A DNA stretch of 64,000 bases from an uncultured Gammaproteobacteria bacterium (GCA_964598725.1 CAZRCW010000002.1:226282-290281), one strand, 5' to 3'; positions 52,589-62,819 are shown, numbered from the stretch's first letter. Numbers and translations: made by a program. Notes: generated from the letters alone by a model not told the origin.

Positions 52589-55060
52589 CTAGGCTCGGAT
52601 CTTCACCCAATGAAGATAAATTTTCTTCGCGAGATCGGTCAGTAAGAAATACAGAATCACGAGACCAGCCGTGATCAGCAGGAGCGGCATGGTTGGCCTT
52701 GGAAACGAGAACCACCTTGTAAACGGTGAAACGTAGGTAAAGATAAACGCACAAACGGCTGCACCAAGCGTCGCAAACCATAACGCCCGTGGTGGTTTAG
52801 ATGCCTGGAAAAACCAGCCTGACGAGCGGATCGAGAAGATCAACACGAGCTCGGTTAGTACCGAGGCGAGGAACCACATCACCTGTAAATGCGAGGGCGT
52901 GACAGTTTGATAGATACGGAAGAACAAAAAGTCGAAGATCGTACTCACCCCGCCGAGCGCGAGACAAAAGAATAGAAGTGGCTTGATCGAGAAACGCACA
53001 GGGACCTTTGTGTCATTCGACTGAATTGTGTCCAAGCAGATGGCTGTCATTGGAAAGTCTGAAAGCAGATTCAAAAGCAAAATCTGAATCGGTAGCATCG
53101 GCAAAGTCGGAATAAAGAACAGTGATACTACGACCGCAAAGAAGTTCCCGAAGTTGGAAATTAGCGTGGCCCGAATGTATTTGCTGATGTTCACAAAAAC
53201 AGTTCTTCCTGTGACCATTCCCTGTGCAATTACATCCAAGCCCTTGTCCAACAGGATGATGTCCGCCGCTTCGCGCGCAATATCCGATGCCTCCTTCACC
53301 GCGATTCCCACATTCGCAAGCTTTAAAGCGGGCGCATCGTTGATCCCCTCCCCCATAAAGCCAACGCTGCCATGACGCTGTAATTCTTGAATAATGATGT
53401 ACTTCTGTTTTGGATCAACGCGTGCAAAGACGGCGCAGGTTTTCGCTTGTTTTCGCCGTTCAGCCGGAGTCAGCTGAAGAAAAGCCTCGCCTGTCAGAAC
53501 TTCGCTCGCGTCTCTGATCAATCCGACTCGCTTTGCAATCGCGGTCGCAACCTCAGGACTATCCCCGGTCAGCATTTTCACTTTTACCCCTAAATCTCGG
53601 ATCTGCTGCAGTGCCGAAGCGGCTGAAGCTTTGAGCGGATCTTCAAACGACACACCGCCCGCTAGCGTCAGTCCGATCTCCTCCGTCTCTACATCAGCCC
53701 GCACAGAATGCGAGATCTCTTTCTTTGCGACAGCCAAAACCCGACGGCCAAGGAGCCCTTGTACCTTCATCCAAGCTTTGAAGCTTACTGGGACGTTTTT
53801 ACAGAGCTTCAATATTTCTTCAGGCGCCCCACAGGAAACGATCATCCCACCTGCCTTGTCTACAACATACGCCGTGACCCGCTTGCGGCGTGGATCGAAT
53901 GGAAGATGAGCTTTCAGCGAGAATCCGTTCAACGTACGGAGATCCACCTTGTCCAAACCCTGCAGCAACGCTTGATTGAATGGATCGAGGTCTTCCGGCG
54001 TCTTCAAGCGGTGGGTCTCGACACAGTGAAGCGCCAGAAGCCGCGCATTTCCGACATATTCACGCACCTCGGCGACTCGCAAACGATTCTCGGTCAGCGT
54101 GCCAGTCTTATCGGTACAGAGGATCTCGATTGAGCCAAGGTCCTCAATCGAACTCAGACGCTTCACAACAACCTGACGACGCGCCATAAGCAACGCGCCA
54201 CGCGATAAACAGATCGTGACAACCAATGGCAACGTCTCAGGAACGACACTCACCGCCAAAGCGACGGAAAAAATGGCGAACTGGACCCAGGTCAGCGTCG
54301 AATCTCCTTGAAAGACCAAGCGAAGAACAAACGTCACCGCGACCGCGATCACCACAAACCACAAAATCGCTGTACTCAGGTGACGGATCGAGCGCTGATA
54401 GGAGCCTTCAGCTGTTGTTTCAGAAGTGAGCTTCGCGATCGTGCCTAACGCTGTCGCCCTGCCGGTATGAACGATGCATATCTTCGCCCAACCCTGTGTC
54501 ACTTTCGTTCCAGCACGTAACGGCTCTGTCATTTCTTTCGTTGCGGGGAAGCTCTCACCCGTCAGGACCGACTCGTCGCATAGACACGCTTCGGCTTCGA
54601 TCGCGATCCCATCCGCCGGCACGATATCCCCGACTTCAACCAAACATACATCACCAGGAACAATCTCATTACACGCCACCCGTTCTTGCTTGCCATTGCG
54701 AATCACTTTGCACGACGGACGCAGAATCGCCTGCAACATCGCAACCGCTTTTTCGGCATGGAATTCTTGAAAGAAGCCTAAACCCGCATTCACGATAATA
54801 AACGCAACAATCATCAAACCACCGATCAGATCCTGAAACACGAATGACAGAATAGCCGAGGCAAACAACAAATAGACGAAGGGCGATTTGAACTGATTCA
54901 ACAACAAGCGCCACCACGTGACCTCTGCTCGTTCGATCTGATTTGGTCCGTACTCTTTGAGACGCGAACTCGCCTCGCGTGAGGTGAGACCTTTGACACT
55001 ACTTTTCAAGGTTGAAAAGACTTCTTTCGGCGTGTGAACGCCAAGCGTTGGAAGGTCCAT
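52589..55060 (-). CDS. Cation-translocating P-type ATPase (P2/P3-like, Mg2+/Ca2+/H+ type)
   Basis: TGES actuator motif (LTGESFP), phosphorylation site CTDKTGTLTEN, MLTGDSP, and GEGINDAPALKLANVGIAV. Confidence 0.9.
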   Translation of the reverse strand: MDLPTLGVHTPKEVFSTLKSSVKGLTSREASSRLKEYGPNQIERAEVTWWRLLLNQFKSPFVYLLFASAILSFVFQDLIGGLMIVAFIIVNAGLGFFQEFHAEKAVAMLQAILRPSCKVIRNGKQERVACNEIVPGDVCLVEVGDIVPADGIAIEAEACLCDESVLTGESFPATKEMTEPLRAGTKVTQGWAKICIVHTGRATALGTIAKLTSETTAEGSYQRSIRHLSTAILWFVVIAVAVTFVLRLVFQGDSTLTWVQFAIFSVALAVSVVPETLPLVVTICLSRGALLMARRQVVVKRLSSIEDLGSIEILCTDKTGTLTENRLRVAEVREYVGNARLLALHCVETHRLKTPEDLDPFNQALLQGLDKVDLRTLNGFSLKAHLPFDPRRKRVTAYVVDKAGGMIVSCGAPEEILKLCKNVPVSFKAWMKVQGLLGRRVLAVAKKEISHSVRADVETEEIGLTLAGGVSFEDPLKASAASALQQIRDLGVKVKMLTGDSPEVATAIAKRVGLIRDASEVLTGEAFLQLTPAERRKQAKTCAVFARVDPKQKYIIIQELQRHGSVGFMGEGINDAPALKLANVGIAVKEASDIAREAADIILLDKGLDVIAQGMVTGRTVFVNISKYIRATLISNFGNFFAVVVSLFFIPTLPMLPIQILLLNLLSDFPMTAICLDTIQSNDTKVPVRFSIKPLLFFCLALGGVSTIFDFLFFRIYQTVTPSHLQVMWFLASVLTELVLIFSIRSSGWFFQASKPPRALWFATLGAAVCAFIFTYVSPFTRWFSFPRPTMPLLLITAGLVILYFLLTDLAKKIYLHWVKIRA

Positions 55061-55108
55061 ACAAAGAACAAGCTAGGCCTAGTCTAGCACATCCGACCCA
55101 AGAAAAGA

Positions 55109-55597
55109 CTACCGATTTAGCACCAAGAAACCTGCATTCAAATAGGTGGCGAATGTCACCCAGAGCAAATAAGGAATGAGGAGAAGTGCCGCGAGCTGCG
55201 AAACACGATAAAAGACTCGGATCGTAACCACAATCGCAATCCAAAGGGCAACGATGCCGATCAAAGCCAGTGTGAGATTTTGCAAGCCAAAGAAGAGTGG
55301 GGTCCAGATCGCATTCAAGACGAGTTGGATCGCAAAGCAGATGAGAGCTGGCTTCACCGTTTCACGTCGTTGACCACTCCCCTTCTTCCAGACAAGAAAG
55401 GCAGCGATTCCCATTAAGGCATACAACACCGTCCAGACAGGACCAAAGATCCAAGACGGGGGTGTTAACGGTGGTCGCTGCAACACGGCGTACCAGGTTG
55501 GGATTGCTTTGATCGTGAACAGCGTACCGATTGCACCCGCTAGCTCACAGACAACAATCGCCAACACAACACCGATAATTGTTTGTTTTTTGCTCAT
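55109..55597 (-). CDS. tspO: TspO/MBR family tryptophan-rich sensory protein
   Basis: 162 aa with five TM helices. WYAVLQRPPLTPPSWIFGPVWTVLYALMGIA and LNAIWTPLFFG are present. Confidence 0.85.
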   Translation of the reverse strand: MSKKQTIIGVVLAIVVCELAGAIGTLFTIKAIPTWYAVLQRPPLTPPSWIFGPVWTVLYALMGIAAFLVWKKGSGQRRETVKPALICFAIQLVLNAIWTPLFFGLQNLTLALIGIVALWIAIVVTIRVFYRVSQLAALLLIPYLLWVTFATYLNAGFLVLNR

Positions 55598-55677
55598 AGA
55601 GACAGTATACAGTGGTTTTCACTTTCTGTTCAGATAAAGCTGCTTGACCCATTTTCTAAGGGGGACTACGGTAAAGG

Positions 55678-55920
55678 ATGAGGATCACTCCTCATTCCAT
55701 TTACTCCTTAAACCATCTTCGAGAGATGAAGCAACCACTGACACTGAGTGATGCATCGCAAGAAGACCTGGATAAAGAAGCTCACGCCAAAAAAGAGTTG
55801 AGCATGGAAGAGAGTCGAACTATCCGGGAACGGAAGGCGATGAAAGCCGAAGACGCCGCAGAAAAGGCGGCAGGCCAAACGTTCGCACAACCCGAGTCCC
55901 TTTATAAAAACGCCTTGTAA
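55678..55920 (+). CDS. Small hydrophilic hypothetical protein
   Basis: 80-aa ORF, Lys/Glu-rich. An alternative start is at 55726. Confidence 0.4.
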   Translation: MRITPHSIYSLNHLREMKQPLTLSDASQEDLDKEAHAKKELSMEESRTIRERKAMKAEDAAEKAAGQTFAQPESLYKNAL

Positions 55921-55931
55921 CCAACATCCAT

Positions 55932-56111
55932 ATGACAAACAACTCCAACGACAAAAAGACGACCTCGAATAGCGGCATTCAAAATACAACCGATCAGCAC
56001 ACACAGCCTACAGGTCAAGGAAACGGTGTTCTCGGCGCACGTGAAGGGAAAGAAGGAAATCGTGCCCAACAGAACCCAGACAAAGGACACGATCAGCAGC
56101 GTTCTTCGTAG
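55932..56111 (+). CDS. Small hydrophilic protein, 59 aa (below the ORF-track cutoff)
   Basis: Hand translation gives MTNNSNDKKTTSNSGIQNTTDQHTQPTGQGNGVLGAREGKEGNRAQQNPDKGHDQQRSS. It sits 11 nt after the previous stop, and a strong terminator follows 13 nt after its own stop. Confidence 0.4.
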   Translation: MTNNSNDKKTTSNSGIQNTTDQHTQPTGQGNGVLGAREGKEGNRAQQNPDKGHDQQRSS

Positions 56112-56124
56112 AATTGATGGATAC

Positions 56125-56152
56125 AGAAAAACGGCCCTCGGGCCGTTTTTCT
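56125..56152. terminator. Bidirectional terminator
   Basis: The sequence is agaaaaACGGCCCtcGGGCCGTttttct. Confidence 0.85.
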
Positions 56153-56163
56153 TATTGGCTCAA

Positions 56164-56679
56164 CTACGGCTGGAAGAGATCTTCAGGCAAAATAAGAACG
56201 TCATTCACCTCTGGAAACTGATAAGCCGTAGACCGTATCTGTTGACGTAAAATCGTTGTCCGACAGGAACCACCACTGGTGGCATGCTCAGGATCACGGA
56301 AGGTGAGCGTCAACTTCCCTGTCTCAAGCAACGTCGATTCAAGTGTCAGACCCGATAACGGGAAACCCGTCGAAAGACCCGCCAGCCGCTCCTGCTCTGT
56401 CAGCTCACCCTTCATAAGCTCCGTAAGCGCATCCCGAATCGGAGTCGATGTGTGAGGAATCGTTCGATTGATCTTCGCCAGACCAACATCGGAATCCGAA
56501 CAGAGAACGTTTCCTCGCTCATCCGTATCTTGTTTTGCATCGTAGAGATACAGGACAATGGAACGAGGCTCAGGTGAAGGTGCACTTACTGGTTTTTTAG
56601 CCGGCATCAACAAAAAGCCAATTCCGATCACAAGCGCAATCAGGACAACGAACAACACCGGTTTATTGTAAGGCGCCAT
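56164..56679 (-). CDS. GerMN domain protein, membrane anchored
   Basis: The N-terminal TM segment is followed by PIRDALTELMKGELTEQERLAGLSTGFP...LTLESTLLETGKLTLTF, typical of GerMN domains. Confidence 0.6.
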   Translation of the reverse strand: MAPYNKPVLFVVLIALVIGIGFLLMPAKKPVSAPSPEPRSIVLYLYDAKQDTDERGNVLCSDSDVGLAKINRTIPHTSTPIRDALTELMKGELTEQERLAGLSTGFPLSGLTLESTLLETGKLTLTFRDPEHATSGGSCRTTILRQQIRSTAYQFPEVNDVLILPEDLFQP

Positions 56680-56700
56680 AGAATTGCCGAATAAACCGCC

Positions 56701-57135
56701 CTACTCAACCGCTACTTTTGAATGATCGGCTGGATCATAATACACCGTGACCGTGGTACCAGGCTGCACCTGTGGCAAATAGACCTGATTGATCACCATT
56801 TTCGTTTCCGCCGTGAAGTCATCCCCTTCTTTCGCATCGACGAGTAAGGTCAATTTCACTTGCGGTTGGCTATTGTAGAGATTGCCGGTTGGTTCGATGG
56901 CGGTGATCTTTGCCGTTGTTTTTGTACCGGTATTGCGAATCTTGCTCTGCTGATAGCTAGGCCACCAGAATTGGCCCAAACCGATGCCAACGATCACGAA
57001 CGGCAAAAGGATCATAAGCAACAGCGGAATCCAGCGAACTCTCACCTTTTTTGGTGGTTGGTTCGGATCTTGAGGTGGAACTTGGGGCGGATTTTGTGGA
57101 GATGGGTTCATACCGAAAAAGTATATACCCTTCAC
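56701..57135 (-). CDS. Hypothetical membrane protein with Pro/Gln-rich N-terminus and DUF3592-like beta domain
   Basis: One TM helix (WIPLLLMILLPFVIVGIGLG), then TAKITAIEPTG...VKLTLLV...TVTVYYDPADHSKV. Confidence 0.5.
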   Translation of the reverse strand: MKGIYFFGMNPSPQNPPQVPPQDPNQPPKKVRVRWIPLLLMILLPFVIVGIGLGQFWWPSYQQSKIRNTGTKTTAKITAIEPTGNLYNSQPQVKLTLLVDAKEGDDFTAETKMVINQVYLPQVQPGTTVTVYYDPADHSKVAVE

Positions 57136-57155
57136 CCAGACCTTCCTATTCGTGT

Positions 57156-57524
57156 CTAGTTCTCCAAGATTTTGCGTTCGGTTGCCACATCACGATTCTT
57201 ACACTGCTCATCCGTGTATTTCTCTGGATAGCGCTGACGGAGCTTGTTAATATTCTTCTCCCAGATATCTTCAAATGATACTCCCAGTTCATCGGCTAGG
57301 ATCGCCAAGTACCACATCGTATCCCCGATCTCTTCGATCAAGTTTACTCGATCGAGGACGCGACCATAGATCTTGGCTTTTTTAACGGCATCCATCAACT
57401 CACCCACTTCGGTGACCGCGCCCATCACCCCGTGCTCGATGCGCGGCGTAACGTCGCCGGTTGCCTGGAAACGGTAGGTTCCTTCAGTACGTAAGGCTTT
57501 TTGGATGTATTCAGCGGGGGTCAT
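57156..57524 (-). CDS. MazG-like nucleoside triphosphate pyrophosphohydrolase
   Basis: The all-alpha NTP-PPase EExxE/D motif region GAVTEVGELMDAVKK...EEIGDTMWYL is present. 122 aa. Confidence 0.75.
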   Translation of the reverse strand: MTPAEYIQKALRTEGTYRFQATGDVTPRIEHGVMGAVTEVGELMDAVKKAKIYGRVLDRVNLIEEIGDTMWYLAILADELGVSFEDIWEKNINKLRQRYPEKYTDEQCKNRDVATERKILEN

Positions 57525-57569
57525 AGGACAAGCAGAGGAATAGATACGAACAACGATAAACGAGGAACC

Positions 57570-58625
57570 TTAGTCGAGCAATCCGTGCCAAACTTTGTCC
57601 GCGATTGCCTTCCAATTGTAGGTCTGGAGACGGGCCCGTCCGGCGGTTATCAGCTGCGCTCTGAGCGCTTCATCCCCTACTAACCTCGATACACCGGCAG
57701 CGATCGAACTCGCCTCATGCGGTGAGACAGCCACACAAGCGCCTTGAGCGATCTCAAGTAACGGGGGGATGTCCGAAGCAACGACCGGCACCCCTGCGTA
57801 AAACGCTTCGAGCATCGGAAACGAGAAGCCCTCTTCTTTCGACGGAATTGTCATGATCGACGCGCCGCGCAACAAGCGCCACTTCTCTTCATTCGTAATA
57901 TAGCCGAGATGGGTCACGCCTGGCTCTTTCAGGTGTGGTTCAATCTCTTCAAAGCCATGACCAGACTTTCCCGCCAACACCAAACGCCACTCCGGATGAG
58001 TCCCTCGAAACAGCTGAAAAGCTTCCAATAAACGACGAACGTTCTTTTTTTCTTCAATGCGACCAATGAACAAGATGTAAGGGGAGGTTGTATCACGGAT
58101 TGAAAGATCGTCCGCTGGAATCGTCGATTCATCTAACGCCCAACCGGTGGCTACGATCTTGTCAGAAGAAAAATCGGCTAATTCAATGAGATCACGTTTC
58201 ACCGCTTCGCTCGGAACAATAACCATTCTGCAGGCTGTACGAGCACGCCGCGTGTCACGTGCAATGAGCCAACGCTCTTTCGGTGCGTAGGCCTCTGGTG
58301 TGCGGAACGACGAAATGTCGTGGATGATTCGCACGACACGCTTCGGTAACCACGTTGGAAGATTGTGTACCGGCACAAACAACGCATCCGGCTTATCTCT
58401 CCAAAGCGCCCAAGAAAGATGAATCACTGTCCAAAAACGACCGTATGGGAGAATGCGCTGCTTCTCACGCGGCAGCCAAGAAATCAGCTCAGGCGTGTAA
58501 TACGTAAGTTCAACGCCTTTTGGACAGGTTGCTTCAAGCGTCTTCAAGAGCGCATCGCTCACGACTTCAACACCGGTCTTTTGGACGCGGTCGATGCTGC
58601 GTGAGGCATCAATCGCGATTTTCAT
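57570..58625 (-). CDS. Glycosyltransferase family 4 (GT-B, Glycos_transf_1)
   Basis: ILFIGRIEEKKN, PSKEEGFSFPMLEAFYAGVPVV (the E-x7-E region). Confidence 0.8.
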   Translation of the reverse strand: MKIAIDASRSIDRVQKTGVEVVSDALLKTLEATCPKGVELTYYTPELISWLPREKQRILPYGRFWTVIHLSWALWRDKPDALFVPVHNLPTWLPKRVVRIIHDISSFRTPEAYAPKERWLIARDTRRARTACRMVIVPSEAVKRDLIELADFSSDKIVATGWALDESTIPADDLSIRDTTSPYILFIGRIEEKKNVRRLLEAFQLFRGTHPEWRLVLAGKSGHGFEEIEPHLKEPGVTHLGYITNEEKWRLLRGASIMTIPSKEEGFSFPMLEAFYAGVPVVASDIPPLLEIAQGACVAVSPHEASSIAAGVSRLVGDEALRAQLITAGRARLQTYNWKAIADKVWHGLLD

Positions 58626-59712
58626 AGACCAAGGCTCGCATTTTTTCTGCGAACAAGCTCACATCAAACCGCTTGGCCTGCGCTTCGCATTGCGCGCGCA
58701 TCGCCAACGCTTTTTCGGGTGTCAGTTCATTAATGGCAGCCACCAGACTCGTTACCTCGCACGCCACAGGAATGAGTACGCCGGTCTTTCCGGGAATAAT
58801 CGTCTCGCGCAATCCCCCTTCGTCCACGCCAATACAGGGTTTCCCGGCGGACATTCCCTCAAGCGGCGACATCCCGAAGTCTTCGTTGATCGGGATGTAG
58901 AGAGTAGCGATACAAGATCCAACCAACTCTTTGAGCTTCGCATCTTCGACACGCCCAAGAATCGTAATATTTGGATAGCCTTTCGCAAGTTCGCGTAATT
59001 CTTGCTCCGCTGGACCACTTGAAGCAATTACCACTTGTTTGTCAGGGAGCTGCTGAAAGGCGCGTACGATGCGGTCGATACGCTTCAATGGATCAAGACG
59101 CGCGAATGACAGATAGTATAGTTCTTGTGTTTGCCAGGTAAAAACATCCGTACGAATCGGTGGGTAAATGATGTCAGACTCACGATTACAAAATGTCTTC
59201 AAGCGATCATGCACCGCCTGCGAGTTGGTGACGACCGTTGGCATCCGTGATAAACCTAGATTGTAGATCGTTCGAATCAGCCATTTCCCAACATCATAAT
59301 AAAAGAACTGCTTAAGACGCGATCGCTCTTCGCCTCGACGATGCGCTAACAGGTCGTAGACGTAGCGGACCGGTGTGTGGCAATAATAAATCCGCTTCTG
59401 TTTTTTCGGCAGCGGACGCAAGGCGGCTGAAAGACAATTATTTCCGGAGAAAATCACCACATCATACTCACGAATGATCTTGCGTGCTTTCCACCAGAAG
59501 TTCCATTGAGCACGGAAATAACGCCAAACGATCATCGGGGCCTCGCCCTCATCCAAGACAAAGACTTTGCCCGGTGCCTCTGAACGATCGAAGGTCGCCG
59601 CGGTCCAATATTCGGTCAAAATGTCCGCCTTGAGGGCATTCGCCAAATCTAAGACCAGGCGTTCACCGCCACCCCGAAACTGGAACCGATCTTGAATCAC
59701 CAATATCTTCAT
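58609..59712 (-). CDS. Glycosyltransferase family 4
   Basis: YIPINEDFGMSPLEGMSAGKPCIG and GKTGVL are present. It overlaps the downstream GT gene by 17 nt. Confidence 0.8.
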   Translation of the reverse strand: MKILVIQDRFQFRGGGERLVLDLANALKADILTEYWTAATFDRSEAPGKVFVLDEGEAPMIVWRYFRAQWNFWWKARKIIREYDVVIFSGNNCLSAALRPLPKKQKRIYYCHTPVRYVYDLLAHRRGEERSRLKQFFYYDVGKWLIRTIYNLGLSRMPTVVTNSQAVHDRLKTFCNRESDIIYPPIRTDVFTWQTQELYYLSFARLDPLKRIDRIVRAFQQLPDKQVVIASSGPAEQELRELAKGYPNITILGRVEDAKLKELVGSCIATLYIPINEDFGMSPLEGMSAGKPCIGVDEGGLRETIIPGKTGVLIPVACEVTSLVAAINELTPEKALAMRAQCEAQAKRFDVSLFAEKMRALVYENRD

Positions 59713-59827
59713 AGGTCAGGCATAGCCTAGCAATCCTGGAGGGAAAAAGCATCCTTCAATTGCAGGAGAGTAATCTCCTAGGTAAGATCAAAGACCAAGA
59801 TCCGACCACTCTTCTTTTCCTCAAAAT

Positions 59828-61642
59828 ATGAAAAAAATTATCCTTTTTCTTCTCATACTCAGTCTGCTTGTCATCGGTGGCTGGGTTTTTGCTGTTTCCA
59901 CTAAAGGCACGACCAACCCAACACCCGGCGAAGAACGTTGCCATCCGCGAAACGCTCCATTCCAAGATGCCACTTTGCCGATCGAAGCGCGTATAGACGA
60001 TCTCCTGGGACGTATGACGCTCGAAGAGAAGATCGGCCAACTGGCGCTGGTTGAGAAGAATGGCTTGCAGAAGACCGAAGACATCAGTACCTATCACTTG
60101 GGGGCGCTACTCAGCGGATCCGGTTCTCGCCCTGCAACCAACACCCCGCTCGCCTGGCTCGAAATGGTTCAGGACTTCCAAAACCAAGCGAAGGAGACCT
60201 GTTTGGGTATTCCTGTTCTCTACGGCATCGATGCCGTTCACGGAAATGCGGGTGTGTATGGTGCTACTGTCTTTCCGCACGCAATTGGTTTAGCCGCGAG
60301 TCATGACGCGAACCTTGTAGGACGTGTCGCGCATGCAACAGCAGAAGAGATGGCTGCGACCGGAATCTATTGGAATTTCTCACCCTCGCTCGATGTCACA
60401 ACCGATCAACGCTGGGGACGGGTGTATGAAACATTTGGATCGAATACGACCACAATTTCTGATTTAGGCGCCGCTGCCATTGAAGGCCTTCAAACATCGA
60501 CTGAACCGTATCTCAACGCGTTAGCGACTCCAAAACATTTTGTCGGTAACGGCGCGACGACTTGGAGAAGTTCGGTTAATGCAGACTACTCACTGGATCA
60601 AGGGAATACGGAACTCCCAGAAGCGGCACTCCGACGTGACCACATTGAGGCCTTCAAGCACGCGATCGATGTCGGAGCATTATCAATTATGGCTGGCTTG
60701 AATAGCTGGCAAGGCACACCGATCGCCGCTCAACGCCATTTGCTGACGGACGTACTAAAACACGATCTCGGATTTCAGGGCTTCGTCGTCTCCGATTGGT
60801 ATGGCGTTTACGCCATCTCCAAGGATCGTTACACCGCGACCGTCACCGGCATCAATGCCGGGATCGATATGGTCATGCTTCCATTCGATTATCAATTGTT
60901 CGCAACCGACATGCAGCAAGCGATCGCAGCGGGCGATATTTCTCAGGACCGTTTGAACGATGCAGTGCGACGCATTCTCCGTGCCAAGTTTCGTGTTGGA
61001 TTATTCGATCGACCCGCGGCAAGCGAAAATGGTCTTGCAACGATTGGCAGCACGGAACATCGAGCTTTGGCACGAGAAGCGGTTCAGAAATCCCTAACAG
61101 TTCTCAAAACCAAACCGGGCGTTCTTCCCCTCTCAAAGAATGGCCAACGTATTCTTGTAGCAGGCTCTGGAGCCGATAACTTAGGAATCCAAGCCGGTGG
61201 CTGGACGCTCGAATGGCAAGGAGTAGACGGAAATCTCTTTCCTGGAACAACTATCTTGAATGGAATTCAAAACACAGTCGGGCCAAATACAGCCATTGAA
61301 TACGCCATCGATGGCGGCCTCCCCTCCCAAGTTGATAAAGCGGATGTAGGCATCGTCGTCGTTGGAGAACGACCGTACGCAGAAGGTGTGGGTGACCGTG
61401 CGAATCCAGAGTTTTCGAAAGAAGATCTGAAAGCGATTGCGAATGTACGAGCGAGATCAAAAAAGCTGATCGTCATCGTCCTCTCTGGTCGTGCGCTTGA
61501 GTTTCCCGAAGAAGCGAAGGGCTGGGATACGATCATCGCCGCTTGGCTGCCGGGAAGTGAAGGGCGGGGTGTTGCGGATGGATTATTCGGTGTTTCCCCT
61601 CTTGTAGCTACAACGCCCGTTTCTTGGAAGATTCCTGATTAA
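59828..61642 (+). CDS. Glycoside hydrolase family 3 (beta-glucosidase/BglX-like), secreted
   Basis: Signal/TM at the N-terminus. MTLEEKIGQL, GIDAVHG, and the nucleophile region GFVVSDW are present, plus a C-terminal alpha/beta sandwich domain. Confidence 0.85.
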   Translation: MKKIILFLLILSLLVIGGWVFAVSTKGTTNPTPGEERCHPRNAPFQDATLPIEARIDDLLGRMTLEEKIGQLALVEKNGLQKTEDISTYHLGALLSGSGSRPATNTPLAWLEMVQDFQNQAKETCLGIPVLYGIDAVHGNAGVYGATVFPHAIGLAASHDANLVGRVAHATAEEMAATGIYWNFSPSLDVTTDQRWGRVYETFGSNTTTISDLGAAAIEGLQTSTEPYLNALATPKHFVGNGATTWRSSVNADYSLDQGNTELPEAALRRDHIEAFKHAIDVGALSIMAGLNSWQGTPIAAQRHLLTDVLKHDLGFQGFVVSDWYGVYAISKDRYTATVTGINAGIDMVMLPFDYQLFATDMQQAIAAGDISQDRLNDAVRRILRAKFRVGLFDRPAASENGLATIGSTEHRALAREAVQKSLTVLKTKPGVLPLSKNGQRILVAGSGADNLGIQAGGWTLEWQGVDGNLFPGTTILNGIQNTVGPNTAIEYAIDGGLPSQVDKADVGIVVVGERPYAEGVGDRANPEFSKEDLKAIANVRARSKKLIVIVLSGRALEFPEEAKGWDTIIAAWLPGSEGRGVADGLFGVSPLVATTPVSWKIPD

Positions 61643-61833
61643 CCTAAAATATACTGTACCCGCCCCACCTCCCCCGTATCCAAGCGGACCTTGATTCCGC
61701 GTGGGTGAACCGGTGCGCTCGTTAAAATATCCTGAACAAACCCCTGGGTCAGTTTCCCCGTTGGTTGATCGTGTTTTTGGACAATCGCCACCATTAAACC
61801 TGGCTGAATGTCTTTTCGCAGGGTACCGTCCAT
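61639..61833 (-). CDS. ywbE: YwbE family protein
   Basis: MDGTLRKDIQPGLMVAIVQKHDQPTGKLTQGFVQDILTSAPVHPRGIKVRLDTGEVGRVQYILG closely parallels B. subtilis YwbE as I recall it. The longer ORF to 62073 is rejected. Confidence 0.8.
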   Translation of the reverse strand: MDGTLRKDIQPGLMVAIVQKHDQPTGKLTQGFVQDILTSAPVHPRGIKVRLDTGEVGRVQYILG

Positions 61834-61837
61834 ACGT

Positions 61838-62287
61838 ATGAAACGGTACACGTTAGGCTTCATTTTTGCCAAAGACCTGAGGAAGGTCTTGCTCATGCGA
61901 AAAACCAAACCCGCTTGGCAAGCCGGGAGATTGAACGGCGTCGGTGGAAAGATCGAGCCCGGAGAAGATGCAGTAACTTGCATCGCTCGAGAGGTCGAAG
62001 AAGAAACAAGCCTCCAAATCGCGAAAGACGCGTTTCGGCTTGTCGGGCGTTTCCATGGGCAAGAGTGGACCATGGATGTGTTCTCCCATGCGTATCAGGG
62101 AAATGAGCAGGATGCGGCTAGTCGAGAAGCTGAACCGGTCGATTGGTTCAGCGCCGAAACTCTCCCAGCTACCGTTATCCCAAACTTGCACTGGATGATT
62201 CCGTTCGCTTTGGAGCAACTGAGCTCTGACCAAGGCCAGATACTCGAAAGTGGCCAGCTTGGTTCTTTTGAGATAGAAATCCTCTAA
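61838..62287 (+). CDS. NUDIX hydrolase
   Basis: The Nudix box is GVGGKIEPGEDAVTCIAREVEEETSL. The ATG lies 4 nt from the divergent ywbE start. Confidence 0.8.
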   Translation: MKRYTLGFIFAKDLRKVLLMRKTKPAWQAGRLNGVGGKIEPGEDAVTCIAREVEEETSLQIAKDAFRLVGRFHGQEWTMDVFSHAYQGNEQDAASREAEPVDWFSAETLPATVIPNLHWMIPFALEQLSSDQGQILESGQLGSFEIEIL

Positions 62288-62292
62288 AACCC

Positions 62293-62814
62293 ATGTCTGT
62301 ACTGATTATTGGAAATTTCGACGGCGTTCACCGCGGCCACCAGGCATTGATTAAGCGAGCGGTTGAAATTGCTGATACGCACAACGGGCAAACAATCGCC
62401 CTAACCTTTGACCCACATCCGGTGCAACTCCTCAGACCCGAATCAGCCCCGACGCTCCTCACCTCACTCGAAGAAAAAAGCCATCTATTGCAGGTGGCGG
62501 GCGTGGATCGAGTGATTGTTGAGACTTTCAACCGCGATTTCTCTGAACTCAGCCCAAGAGCATTTGTAGAACGCATCATCGCGCCATTGAATGTCCGCGT
62601 CATCTTAATTGGTCAGGACTTTCGCTTCGGCAAACAACGGGGAGGAACCATCGAAACGCTGAGCGAACTAGGTCAGGCATTCGGATATACGGTTGAGGTC
62701 GTGCAACCGGTACGCGAAGATGGATCGATCATCTCTTCGAGTCGGATTCGACAAGCGCTCGCCGATGGAGATACGGCGACGGCTGGGATGCTCCTTGGAC
62801 GCGAAATCTTGTAG
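62293..62814 (+). CDS. FMN adenylyltransferase (FAD synthetase domain only, no riboflavin kinase domain)
   Basis: IGNFDGVHRGHQALI is the nucleotidyltransferase motif. At 173 aa the protein ends where bifunctional RibF would continue into its kinase domain. Confidence 0.75.
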   Translation: MSVLIIGNFDGVHRGHQALIKRAVEIADTHNGQTIALTFDPHPVQLLRPESAPTLLTSLEEKSHLLQVAGVDRVIVETFNRDFSELSPRAFVERIIAPLNVRVILIGQDFRFGKQRGGTIETLSELGQAFGYTVEVVQPVREDGSIISSSRIRQALADGDTATAGMLLGREIL

Positions 62815-62819
62815 ACGCC

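Noticed and set aside
61834-62073. N-terminal extension of the ywbE ORF to 144 aa
   Set aside because: The extension overlaps the divergent NUDIX gene. YwbE-family proteins are about 65 aa, and the homologous part begins at MDGTLRKDIQPG (start at 61833).
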